Shown here: piece by piece, positions 15,101-27,313 of the stretch
Layout: each line of letters starts with the position of its first letter
Numbering within the stretch: position 1 is the first letter of the stretch
Assembly (NCBI RefSeq): GCF_001194135.2
Contig: NC_068984.1
Span: 11,391,815 to 11,455,814, forward strand
Direction of reading: 5' to 3'
Source: Octopus bimaculoides
Lineage: Eukaryota
Length of the DNA: 64,000 nt
The notes under the pieces: generated by a model
What the model saw: only the letters and a program-made list of their open reading frames with translations
Told to the model about the DNA's origin: nothing
Database searches by the model: none
Position numbers and translations under genes: made by a program

Positions 15101-18100
15101 CAATAAATAATTGTTTTAATTAGTATTTCAAATATTTATTGGTTAAAATTTGAGTATTTCAGTCCTGTTTCTGTAAGGCCGTTTACAAATTGGTGAAAAA
15201 TGGCATTGACCATATGTTCTGTTTCCTAATGTTTTCCTTTGTATACATTTGTTTAAAACGAGAAAGATAATGGAGCTTTTGTCATTTTCAGTCCTCATAA
15301 ATGTCCTGATCCTCGAGGAAGTAGATTTGCTCCTACTTGCATTACAGCTAGAGTTAATAGAGCTATGGTACGTATTGAACATTAAAATAATGTTATTGTT
15401 TTTGTATTTGTTGTGTGTTATTTGATTCACTCATTCTCGATATTTATTCAAAGCCAGAAGACAGTGTTTGAATAAGTCCTTTTACTCAATGAAATATCTT
15501 CACTAATATTTAGATATACTTCTTAATAGCCAACTAACCTTAAAATACATTTGGTACCAAGAATTCATCTTCTATGGTATTTGCTTGATTATAAAACTTG
15601 GAATACTATTTATTTGTTACTTTTTAAATTTTGCTTATTTACAGAAATGTAATACTATATCTTACTTTACAGTATTTTCTTTGTACATACATTTTAACCA
15701 ATAAAGCACGACTGTTTTATTCAATGCTTGAAAATATTTTAGTATATTACTCATCGTATTAATCAAAAACACTCAAAACTGAATTCAAATTTTCTGACCC
15801 AATTCTTATATCATTAACTAAAATCTGAACATGGTGGACCCTGCAAAGTCTCAAATTTAGCATATTAGATTAAAATTTTTTTAATTGATAAAAGCAATAT
15901 TTATTGTCTCTGAAACAATTTATTTTGATATGTGTTAATGTATTTTTTTCTGGTTTTTCTTTATATAGATCTCTCCTAAATTTGGTGGTATTGATGGATT
16001 TAAGTGCCACAAAAAATATGTTTACAGCAGGTTTGTTTATTTTTTTAACTTTAAAACTTAGATGTTCCTGTCAGGTTAGTTAGACTAGCAGAACATAGAT
16101 TTGAAATGTCAAAGACGTCTTCTGTATTTCCTGACCATCAACCTAATACACCCTGTTCTTTCACTTTGTTTTTGTGTTTTCTTTATTTTTGGACAATAGT
16201 TAGACTTTATTAAATATGTCACATTGCCTAACTTTGCCTGTAATATACAGATTAAATTATCCCTGTTTATATAAAGAGTAATTTTATTTAAAATCACTAC
16301 TTCCATACCTTCTGCTCTTTAGAGCCAGAAACTGAACACAAAAATAAGTGGTTTTAATTGTCAATCCTTTGTGTGCGTTTGCTTTTCATTTCGATAACTG
16401 CTAAATATTCTGATGTATCTGTTAAAAGAATCTCCCCAAATTATCCCATCTTTCTATCTTCTGTTAGACTTTTAAGTAAGGGAAGAAAGATTCCTCTGAT
16501 GGGTCTTTTAAGAGAAGCCCTTCTCATTAGGCTTTACAATTTCACATCTAGCTCCTGTTTCAGGGGTTTAAGTAGGATCTTGGGCATTATTCTAAAACAC
16601 TGCATCCGTGCTAGTGACACAATCCTGTGTTTTACCTCAACCTTTTCTTTTGGTGCTGTGTCATCTAATGAAGATCCAATATTTCACTTTAAAAACATTA
16701 TAACCATATAAGAAGAGCTGTCTTAGACTCGAATATCCATGAGCAATTCTCAGCTTAAGCTATACATTCTAGGATGCACAAATACAGTGCTCTACTACCA
16801 GGATGTCCCACATTTTTATCAGTCTAAAATTGCCCAGAAAAGACTAACATCCTTTGCAGGATTAAGAAACACTTTACTCATTACTGACTGCTACTTGTCC
16901 TTGTGATTCATGTCCTTGGTCTCTACCATACTTGGTATATTCAGAAAAAAGTCACTTGTCTGGTTGATAAACCATCCCTTTTCTCTGTTTTCCTTGAATT
17001 TAACATTGATTTTTGGTGTTGTTTTCAGATTCAAACCTATCCGCACATTCCGTGATCCAGATGAAGATGGTTATTCTTCTTGTACATTTATTGTAAGTTG
17101 TTTTGTTTTAAATACATTATTCTATATATGATGACATTATTCTAACTTATAAACTAAACAGTTTAGCCAGTTATAGTTTATTAACATAATTATCAATTTG
17201 AGAGTTTCTTTTCTTTAAAAGCATTTAAAATATGTCAGATTTATAAAGCTTGGATTTAGTAAAAAAAAAAAAAAGTTAGACTCAATTCAAGTATATTGTT
17301 GTTGTTGTTATTATCAACAATCCATCCATCTCTGGGGTGGGGGTGGGTGATTCCTCAGGCACCTCCTCCATACGGTCGTATTAGAAGCAACCATCATTTC
17401 CGGCTGAATCTCCAAATGTTACTAACGAAGACCTTGGATATTATCCACCCATCTTGTTCTTGGTCTACCCTTAAGTTTCCTGCTAGTTGACTTGACTTGA
17501 AGAATCTGTCTTGTGATTCATTCCTGCAACATTCTAATCACATGTCCATTGTACCAGAAAAGTAGCAACTTCACTGGAGAGACTCCCTGATCTGTGAGCT
17601 AGGCACCCTGTCAAGTAACATCACTCCAGAGACCCTTCAAAGGAATCCTGTTTCAGTTGCTTGTATTTGTGATTGTACTTTTTTGGTCATTACCCAACAT
17701 TCATGATCACAGGTGAGGACAGGCATGGAAACCAAATTGAATTTAACGGGTTAGGTTTTTTGCCAACCTCTCCGCTCAGGAAGATTAAATGCTGAAGCTG
17801 GTGCATTACTGTGCCAGCATCTGTAATTCTAGCACCTAATTCAGCCTCCTGCCTCTTATCACTTGTGAATATAGTCCTGAAATATTTGAGCTTCTCCACT
17901 TGCCTCTGTGATGTTCCACTAACATGCAGAGTGCACTGGGAAGATTTTCTTGGGAGCACCAATATCTCATCCCTGCCTTGCAGCAATCAACAGTAAACCC
18001 ATTCAGTGCATGTTGGTGATCACCTTCTGATGAGCCCAATATTTCTGTGTCGTCTGCAATTATCAACCAACACCCACTGATTGCAATACTACTTTCACGA

Positions 18101-19811
18101 TGGCTGTGAACATCAATCCAGTTTGTGAAAATTATTATTACCTCCACCTTAGCGAAGGCAGCGGTATTGTTTTCGGTCATGTTAGTTTGTCTGTGGACAA
18201 GATATCTCAAGAACCACTGGATGGATTCGGATGAAACTTGCAGGGATGTTTGGCCTTGTGACTGGCATGAACTGATTAGGGTTTGGGATCGATTCAGTAC
18301 CCTGGGTTATTTTTCCTTTTTTTTTTTTTACTTAATTTTTGAGAGTGGTTGGGTTCATTTTTAGTATTTTCATTTTATGAGAGCAATCAAGTTTATTTCA
18401 GATATTCTTATTTTTAAAAATCATCTCTTGCTAATCGTTGAGAGGACGTTGGTGTTGCCTTGGCAGAGGTTAGCACTCTCTGAGTACTCTTGTTTATCAT
18501 TTATTTTTTTTACTTCCAGTCTTCCAGTAATTTTCTTCTTCTGGGTACATATTCCGGTGATTTAAAGCCTGTTAATATTCAAACTGGAGAGGTAAGTTAG
18601 TGTTTACTACACTTTTATTCTTGTATAAGAGGATTCTCTTGGCATTGTAAACCACCGAGCTATTGGTCTTATACCACTTAGTTCAGTAATCCACATTTGA
18701 ATCATTCTCTATCATTGTTCCTATCTGCTCTGCTGTCAAGTCCTGTAGAATTGGATTAGAACTCAAATCTTCCCTTAAGGTGCTGATACTTGATTCACTC
18801 AGCTATTAAAACACCCGTTTCATATATCTTTTATTTTTTACTTGTTTCAATCATTAGCTTGTGACCATGCTGGGGCACTGCTTTGAAGCATTTTAGTCGA
18901 ATGAATCCCCAATGCTTCATCATCATCATTGTTTAACGTCTGCTTTCCATGCTAGCATGGGTTGGACGATTTGTCTGAGGACTGGCGAACCAGATGGCTG
19001 CATCAGGCTCTAATCTGATCTGACCGAGTTTCTACAGCTGGATGCCCTTCCTAATGCCAACCACTCCGAGAATGTAGTGGGTGCTTTTACGTGCCACCGG
19101 CACGAAGGCCAGTCACATGGTACTGGCAACGGCCATGCTCAAATGGTATTTTTTACATGCCACCTGCACTGATTGTCAAACGGTGGTAGGGAAAACAGAC
19201 ACAGATGCATACACACACACACATATTTTGCATCTTATCACGGTACCACCACTTTTTCATAAACTCATATTCAGTCCTTTTAAATATCTTCCTCTCAATA
19301 TTTATAACTCATAGACCACTTACGTAACATATTGTCCAAATCTTGCTCCTAAGAGGTATATACTTCTGCAGCTCCATTTATATCCCCCATGTTTACTCAT
19401 TTATTATGAAACTGTATTAATTTGATTATTCTGACTGTTTACAGGAGGGCCGAAGTTATAACTGTCACTCATCTCCTATCACAAACTGCCGACAGACAAA
19501 GGTAAATTATTTCTTTCTACTACAAACTTATATAACGGTGGATATTATTATTATGCAAATACTATAGAACAGCAGTCGAGCTATATATATATATTTTTAT
19601 ATATGACGTTGACCACTAACGTGGACATTTAATGTGCTAGAAATAGATCACATCTTGTGTCTAAAAAGACCTAAATTGTTCTCAACATGAAATATAGCGT
19701 GATCTATTTCTAGCACATTAAATGTCCACGTTAGTGGTCAACGTCATATATAAAAATGTACTTTAATCCCCTGAGATTGCAGATACTGTTTCTGAATCTC
19801 TTTGATTTTTT

Positions 19812-19849
<38 letters not shown>

Positions 19850-22800
19850 TACTTTCAGTTTCTAGTTTGTTTTCATTTCATTTCACTTGTGTAAGGTTTT
19901 TTATTTTTTACTGTAGCTTTAATTTCTGATGTTATTGGCTGCTTTGAGATTCAAAGACTTGAACAGTTGTTAATATCCAGTATTTTGTCTCCAACAAAAT
20001 CTTTCAGAAATTACTTCCTGAGAATCTTTTATCTTAAAATTAATTATTATTTGCTTTTTTTCTTTCTTTCTTCCTTAACAGGATGGTAACCTTCTGGTTA
20101 CTTCAGCATCATGGGGAACACCTCTTTCTTCTTTGTGGAAAAGTTTAGACAGACTTGAAAACCAGTAAGTGGTTTTTATGTTTCACTATCCAGTATATAT
20201 ACATTACTCATTTTAATGATTTGAGAAGAGCCTAAATCAAGTGTCTATTGTATTAAAGCAACATGAAAATAAATTTAGTAAAGTTTATTTGCCAACAGAA
20301 TGTGGCAGTCCTATACAAGGATGATGTTACTGATGTTTAGCCCCAGGAAAACATATTTTCCAGCTGGCTACTGACACACTGTTTGTGTTCATATAGCATA
20401 AGCGAGGAAAGTCATTGCTTCCATCTCCAGCCTTTGTGATACAGACCTAGGTTTCTGGGTTGTTTCCCGTCCTCAGTGCGAAATAATCACAGGCTAGTGA
20501 TGAGGGCTTCTTTGACTTGCTCATACTATATACTTTCTAAGCGACACACAGTTGCTGATCTTGTAAAGAGATAAACAGCTAGTTTTAAATCTCTGAGCAA
20601 GAGATATGCAGTAACAGTACTGAATTGTAGAGTTTATTTGCCAACAGAATGTGGCAGTCCTATACAAGGACGACATTACTGTTGTTTAGTCCAGGAAAAG
20701 AATTTTTCCAGCTGGCTACCGACAGTTTGTGTCTGTATAGCATGAGCAAGGGAGGTCATCACTACCATCTCCAGCCTTTCTGATGATACTCACAGACCTA
20801 GGTTTCTTTCCACCCTTGGTGCATGACAATCACAAGCTAGTGATGGGGGCTCATACTATATATTTTTTAAGTGACACACAGTTGCTGATCTCATAAAGAG
20901 AGAAATTAGTTTTAAATCTCTATATAACAGTTTGATTCGCTTCCATGCTACTTCATTTCGCAGGCCCCTAATGGGAGCCCGATTCCTTCAGACTTCAAGT
21001 TGGAGGTATGACTGGTGTGGTTCAGAATGTGGTTTTGAGTTCAGTTCCACTACAGGGCACTATAGGCAAATATCTTGTACTATAGCTCCCAGGCCAATCA
21101 AAGCCATGTGAGTGGATTTGGCAGATGGAAACCGAAATAAGCTTGTCATATATGTATGTCTGTGTGTGCATGGAGGTGTGTGTATGTCTCCTTGTTTTGA
21201 CATTACATATTAGTTGTACACAAGTGTCACTCTCATTGAAGCAGTGTCCTTCATTTCCAATCTTCCACAGAAGCAGGTGATGGTTAATAACAAGAGCATC
21301 CAGCCATTGAAAATCTTCTTCAGTAAATTCTGTCTGATCCATGCAAGCATGGAAAACTAGACATCAAAATGAGAACGATGGTGTGTGTGTGCGTGTGTGC
21401 GCATATGTTATTTTGTCAGTGAAAATGTCTGATGTTCCCAAAACAATCAAAATTATGCTTTCAAAGTGTTTGATGATATGTCTTGAAAGGATGTCTTCTT
21501 TTGTAATTTTCAGGAAAAATTTCCCTGAAGACAATTATATGGAATTTAGCAAAAAGGTGCAGGATAAACTCATTGGAACGCGGGAAGAGAAAGCTTATGT
21601 AAGTATATTTGGGAATGCATGTGTGCACATGCATGTTTTTTTGGGGTTTTTTCCACTTCCGAACATGCAAATGAAGGTAATGTTTTTTTTTTTGTGGGGT
21701 TCAGGAGTGGCACAAACTCTAGCTACGCTAGTGTCCATTCTTGCTATATTTTGTATAGATATATGTGATGAAGCATTTTTTGTCAGATATTTTAAAGCAG
21801 TGCTTCTCAAACTTTTTTAACTATTGGCTCTCTTGTACTAACATTTTTTCAGTGCCTCCTTACAATATTTTTGTTGATATTATATTTTACTATCCTACTT
21901 TAGACAATACAGCATTTTTTACTCTGTCTAACAATACTGATTTATTATTTTAGATAGTGTGGAGTTCTGTATTGTTTGACAGTACAAAACCATACTCTAC
22001 CTTAGAGAATTTTAATACTGAAAATATTTTACTATAGCTTCAGAATACTAAATTATCATCCCTCTTTAGATAGTGTAATGTTTTAGTTGTTTCTTTATTA
22101 AATCTTTTCATATATTCGGCTTCCTTATTTAACTTGCAAATGTTTTTCTTCTCCTTAGATCTATGACATAAACACAGGTCAGCAAATAATGGAAATATTT
22201 GATCAAGAAAAGGCCAACTACTACACATCAAACCGAGCCACATTTGACCCCTCTGATGATTTGGTGCTGAATGATGGTGTGTTATGGGATGTAAGAGTTG
22301 GTAAAGCTGTACATAAATTCGATAAGTTCAATGCAGCAATAAGTGGACTTTTCCACCCAATGGGACTGGAGATCATCATTAATTCAGAAGTCGTATCCTT
22401 TATCAAATTGAAACAAAATGTATAGATTTCTTTAATTTTTTTTATCTCTCACTTGTTTCAGTCATTTAGATTGCAGCCATGCTGGAGCACTGCTGTGAAA
22501 AATTTTAGTCAAATGCATCAACCCCAGTATTTTTTTGTTTAGACCTGTTACTTATTCTATCATCCTCTTTTGCCAGACTGTTAAGTTATGGGGGTGTAAA
22601 TGCAGCAATACCCATTAAGTGATGTTGAGTGGGGGAACACATATATGTGTATGTTTATATATGACAGGCTTCTTTTAGTTTCCATCTGTCAAATCTGCTC
22701 ACAGGGCTTTGGTTGCCTTGGGTGTCTTCAGGATAACTCTGAACCATGTAGTTGGGAAGCAAGCTTCTTACCACATAGCCAACAAATATTTTGTCATGAA

Positions 22801-24237
22801 TGAGTGTCCTTATGAGTGAAGCTATGTCCTTCATCTCTGGTCTTCTGTGAACATGTCTGATCCAACCTATGCAAGCATGGAAAAGTGGACATTAAAACAA
22901 CAATGATGATGATAAGCGCTGTCACGGCTGTCTTATTACAAAGTTTGTTTTGCAATCACCTGGTTTTGTGTTCAGTCTTGCTGTAGCAGTGGTTCTCAAC
23001 TGGAATCCATATAAGATTTTGTTATTAAAATTTAAGTGAAATAAATTACTTGTACTTCTACAATTCACAAAATGTTTTATCTTTTATACAATTCCTAATA
23101 ATATTATAAAAATACAGCAGGATTTGTTTTATATACAGCAAATGGCTATGGAGGCCCAGTGGAATAAAATAGGAATCAAAGGGCTCCCTAGGCCAAAAAT
23201 GATTAAGAACCAATGTGCTCTAGCCTTGTCTTCTGGTGTAGTCTTCAGTCAGACAATGCCTTGTGAGTGAACTTAGTTGATGGAAACTGTGAAGAAGCTC
23301 ATCATGTATGTGTGTGAGAGAGCATTAAATATCAATACAAAGTGTTGTTATCGGCAGCATCTGAATGGCAAACACTGACATTGTTTACTTTCTCTGTTGA
23401 ATAAATGCTCCATAGTTTAGCAGGTGTGTATCAATTGGCAGAAAGAAAATAAACACCCAACTTGGAAAACAATTAGGGATTGGTCGCAGGAGAAAGAGAC
23501 ATAAAAACAGTGATGATAGTGTGCCATGGCATTGATGTTTTGTGTTGATCTATAATATACAGTAATTGTCTAGTTTAGTGCAGTTTCTATGGCTAGATGC
23601 CATTCCAAATGCCTACCACTTCACAGTGTGTACTAGGTGCTTTTTACGTGGTATTAGCATCAGCACTTTTTACAAAGTATAAATGAATATCTATACTCTT
23701 GGAGTGGTTGGTGTTAGGAAGGGCATCCAGCTGTAGAAACTCTGCCAGATCAGATTGGAGCCTGGTGCAGCCTTCTGGTTCGCCAGTCCTCAGTCAAATC
23801 GTCCAACCCATGCTAGCATGGAAGGCGGATATTAAAGGATGATGATGATTGATTAGCTACAGGAAAGATAGTAATGAAGTTGTTGTTTTAACCATAGTAA
23901 TGTTGACTATAACACATGTTCCTTAACAATTTGTTCAGTGGGATATGAGAACATTTAGACTTCTTCATACTGTACCTAGTCTCGACCAATGTCAGCTGAA
24001 CTTCAACTACACAAATGAAATAATTTATGGCAGTAAGTACTTGTCTTTTTTTACTAAATTCTATTTATATGCTCGTTTAAATGTATTTCTTTTTCAAATA
24101 AACATGGCTCTGTAGTTAAGAAGTTTGCTTCCAAACCACATTGTTTCAGGTTCGTTTTCACTGCATGGTACCTTGGCCAAGTGTCTTGTGCTATAGGTCA
24201 AACAAATCCTTGTGAGTGGATTTGGTTGAGAAAGAAC

Positions 24238-24272
<35 letters not shown>

Positions 24273-27200
24273 CTCCTTGTCTTGATGGTTGTAAATGGAT
24301 GTTGCTGCCATACAAGCGGTGTCATTTGTTTTTAATCTTCCGTGAGAATATGGACAATAATATTTCCCATGAAAATGTTTCATAGGAAATACTTCCTTGC
24401 TTGGAAACAAGAGTTAGTAACAGAAAGGGCATCCATCCATAGAAACTCAACAAGTCCTAACTAACCCATCTTCAGCATCGTCATCATCATCATCCAAACG
24501 ATTTTGACTTGGTAACAAGTACCGAACTTTTGCTGTTTTGGGTGCCTATGTAGTTGGACACCGTCTTGATCTTGCCGCTCTTGAACCAGCAAAATATCAA
24601 GGATGTGACAAGTGGAAGGAGAATGGGCTGCACCAACATGGCTGGTACGACTCCTCTCCAGCTAAGTGGATTGGAACAATGTGAAATGATGTGCTTTGCT
24701 CAAAGACACAGCCTGCTACCCTGGCAGCTTTTGGACCCAGAACTCTAACTTCTAGGTCATGTACAGATTGTGTAAAAGTGCTATGATAGCTTATCATTTT
24801 CATTTAATATACATTTTCAATGCTGGCATGGGTTGGACGGTTTGACAGGAGTTGGCAAGCCAGAGAACTGCACAAGGCTCCATTGTCTAGCTTAGTGCAG
24901 TTTCTATGGCTAGATACCCTTTCAAAAATGCCTACCACTTTACAGTGTGTACTAGGTGCTTTTTACGTGGTATTAGCATCAGCGCTTTTTACAAAGCATA
25001 AATGAATATCTACACTCTTGGAGTGGTTGGCGATAGGAAGGGCATCCAGCTGTAGAAACTCTGCCAGATCAGATTGAAGCCTGGTGCAGCCATCTGGTTC
25101 GCAGTCCTCAGTCAAATCGTCCAACCCATGCTAGCATGGAAAGCGGACGTTAAATGATGATGATTGATTAGCTATAGGAAAGTTGTAAAGACAAAGAAAT
25201 TAGGGTTTTTGTTGGGGTTTTTTTCCCCTTCCACTAATTTCTTCCTACCATTCTATGCAATTTGTGTGTGTTAATATATTTTCGTTTGTTTATTTTGTAA
25301 ATGACGTGTATTAGTAAATGTGTTTCTGTCTCTCCTTCAGCAATACACATGTTAGATGAACGTCGACGGGACAAACGGTACAATAGCATATATGCTTCTA
25401 CATTCAGAACATTTGATTCCCGAGACTATAGCTGCATATGTAAGTAAACTGATTTATTGATTGTTGTATGATATTGTATAGAGTTGGAGTTATATTGTGT
25501 GTGTACATGGCAGTGTTATAAAAAAGGATTATTTTAACATGGCGCACAAACTTTTTCCTCAACCAAATAAAATATTCATATCATTGAAATCTTGAAGCTA
25601 CAAAAATGCAGGATTAATTCCAAACAATGTCAATAAAAAAGCATCACATTTGACAGAATGAATTGAATGCTAGATGGTTAAACAGCTACTGTGATAGAAG
25701 TTGCCTGTGTAAAATTTAAGTTTGTCTTTTTCCCAGCAACATATGATGTCAAGTCAAGAAGCATCTGTAACCTTGCTGCAGACACCCGAGAGTATCATAT
25801 TGCAGTAGTTGAGGTAATCGATTTTGTTTGGTTGCTTTTTTGTTTTTTAATATGTTTCATTAGCCTGAAGCCAATTTACATATTTTACCTGCTCCAGTCA
25901 TTAGACTACAGCCAATTTACATATTTTACCTGCTCCAGTCATTAGACTACAGCCATGCTGGGGCACTGCCTTGAAGTATTCTTAGTCGAATGAATTGACT
26001 CCAGCACTTTTTCTGTTTTGTAAGCCTAGTACATATTGTATTGGTCTCTTTCACTGAATTGCTAAGTTACAGAGACATAAACACATCAATGCTTGTTGTC
26101 AAGTAGTGGTGGGGGACAAACACAGATAAAAAGGGGCACACACGCCATATGTTTGTGTGTGCATATATATATATATATCCTATTCTACTCTAGGCTCAAT
26201 ACCATAATATATTTAGGAAACAACATAAGCAGTCAGCAAAGTATTGATTTAAATGGCTGTGTACTTAAGAAGTTTACTTCACAGCCATGTGATACCTGGT
26301 TTTATCCTACTGATTGGTGTATTGCCTCAGGTTAACCAATATTTCATAAGAATGGAATTTAGCTGACAAAACCTGTGCAGAAGCCTGTAGTGTGTACACA
26401 TGTACATGCATTCTTTTTTGCCAATTTGTATCAGTAAAGAACCAAAGAAAAATAAAAAAACTACTGCTCCTCAAACAGTTATTTGCAGTATTAGTTCTGT
26501 ACTGAGTTACAGGCACTTCCTGTTAGTCTCATTACCTGAAACATCATAAACCCAATGATTGATATATTAAAAACCTATAACTATCAATGGGATGGCTTAC
26601 CATTCGTGATAAATATAAGCAAATGATTTAGAAGGCAATTGGTTTTAGAAAACTGCTATCTGGTTTGTTGTGCTCCTGAGCATTATATACAATAAGCTCA
26701 TTATTATCAATGACAAGCTGACAGAATTGTGAGAAGAAATGTTTTGCAGTATTTCCTTCGGCACTTTGTTCTGAGTTCAAACCCCACCAAAGTCAACTCC
26801 ACGTTTCATTCCTTTCCAAGTACTGACGTTGATGTGATCAACTAACCCACTCTCTCTAAAATTGCTGGCTGTGTGTCAAAATTTGGAAAAGTAAGGTAAT
26901 GAGCTGGTGGAATTGCTGGCACATTAGTCTAAATGGCTGGCTGTATGTCGTCCAGCTGTTTATGTTCTGAGTTTAAATCCCATCAACACCCACTTTGCCT
27001 TTCATCCTTTCAGGGTCAATAAAATAAAGTACCGGTCAAGTACCAGGGCCAATGTAATCAAGTAGCCATCTCCCACTGAAATGGCTGGCCTTGTGCCAAA
27101 ATTTGAATCCATTATTATCATTATTTTGGTTTGGTTCAGGTTCGGTCTTATTCCTGGTAGGAATTATATGGATAATGGGTTACTACTTGTGATCTTAGGT

Positions 27201-27282
27201 ATCCACAAGTTTTTAGCAGTCTTTCAGGTGCTTAGAACCTTCCTGATAATCCTTGCTGTCCCTAAGAGACCAATTTTGTCTA

Positions 27283-27313
<31 letters not shown>

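Larger units (their letters stand above)
22393..23938 (+). other. U12-type (minor spliceosome) GT-AG intron of DCAF1
   Basis: 5' site GTATCCTT (22393-22400); branch TTCCTTAAC (23919-23927) 11 nt before the intron end; no long polypyrimidine tract. Confidence 0.9.

Noticed and set aside
18521-18530. Alternative acceptor CTTCCAG at 18527
   Set aside because: It is 8 nt downstream, out of frame, and followed immediately by TAA
20071-20081. Second U12 intron suggested by TTCCTTAAC before exon 20082
   Set aside because: The motif abuts the AG with no spacing, and the donor at 19502 is GTAAAT, not RTATCCTT
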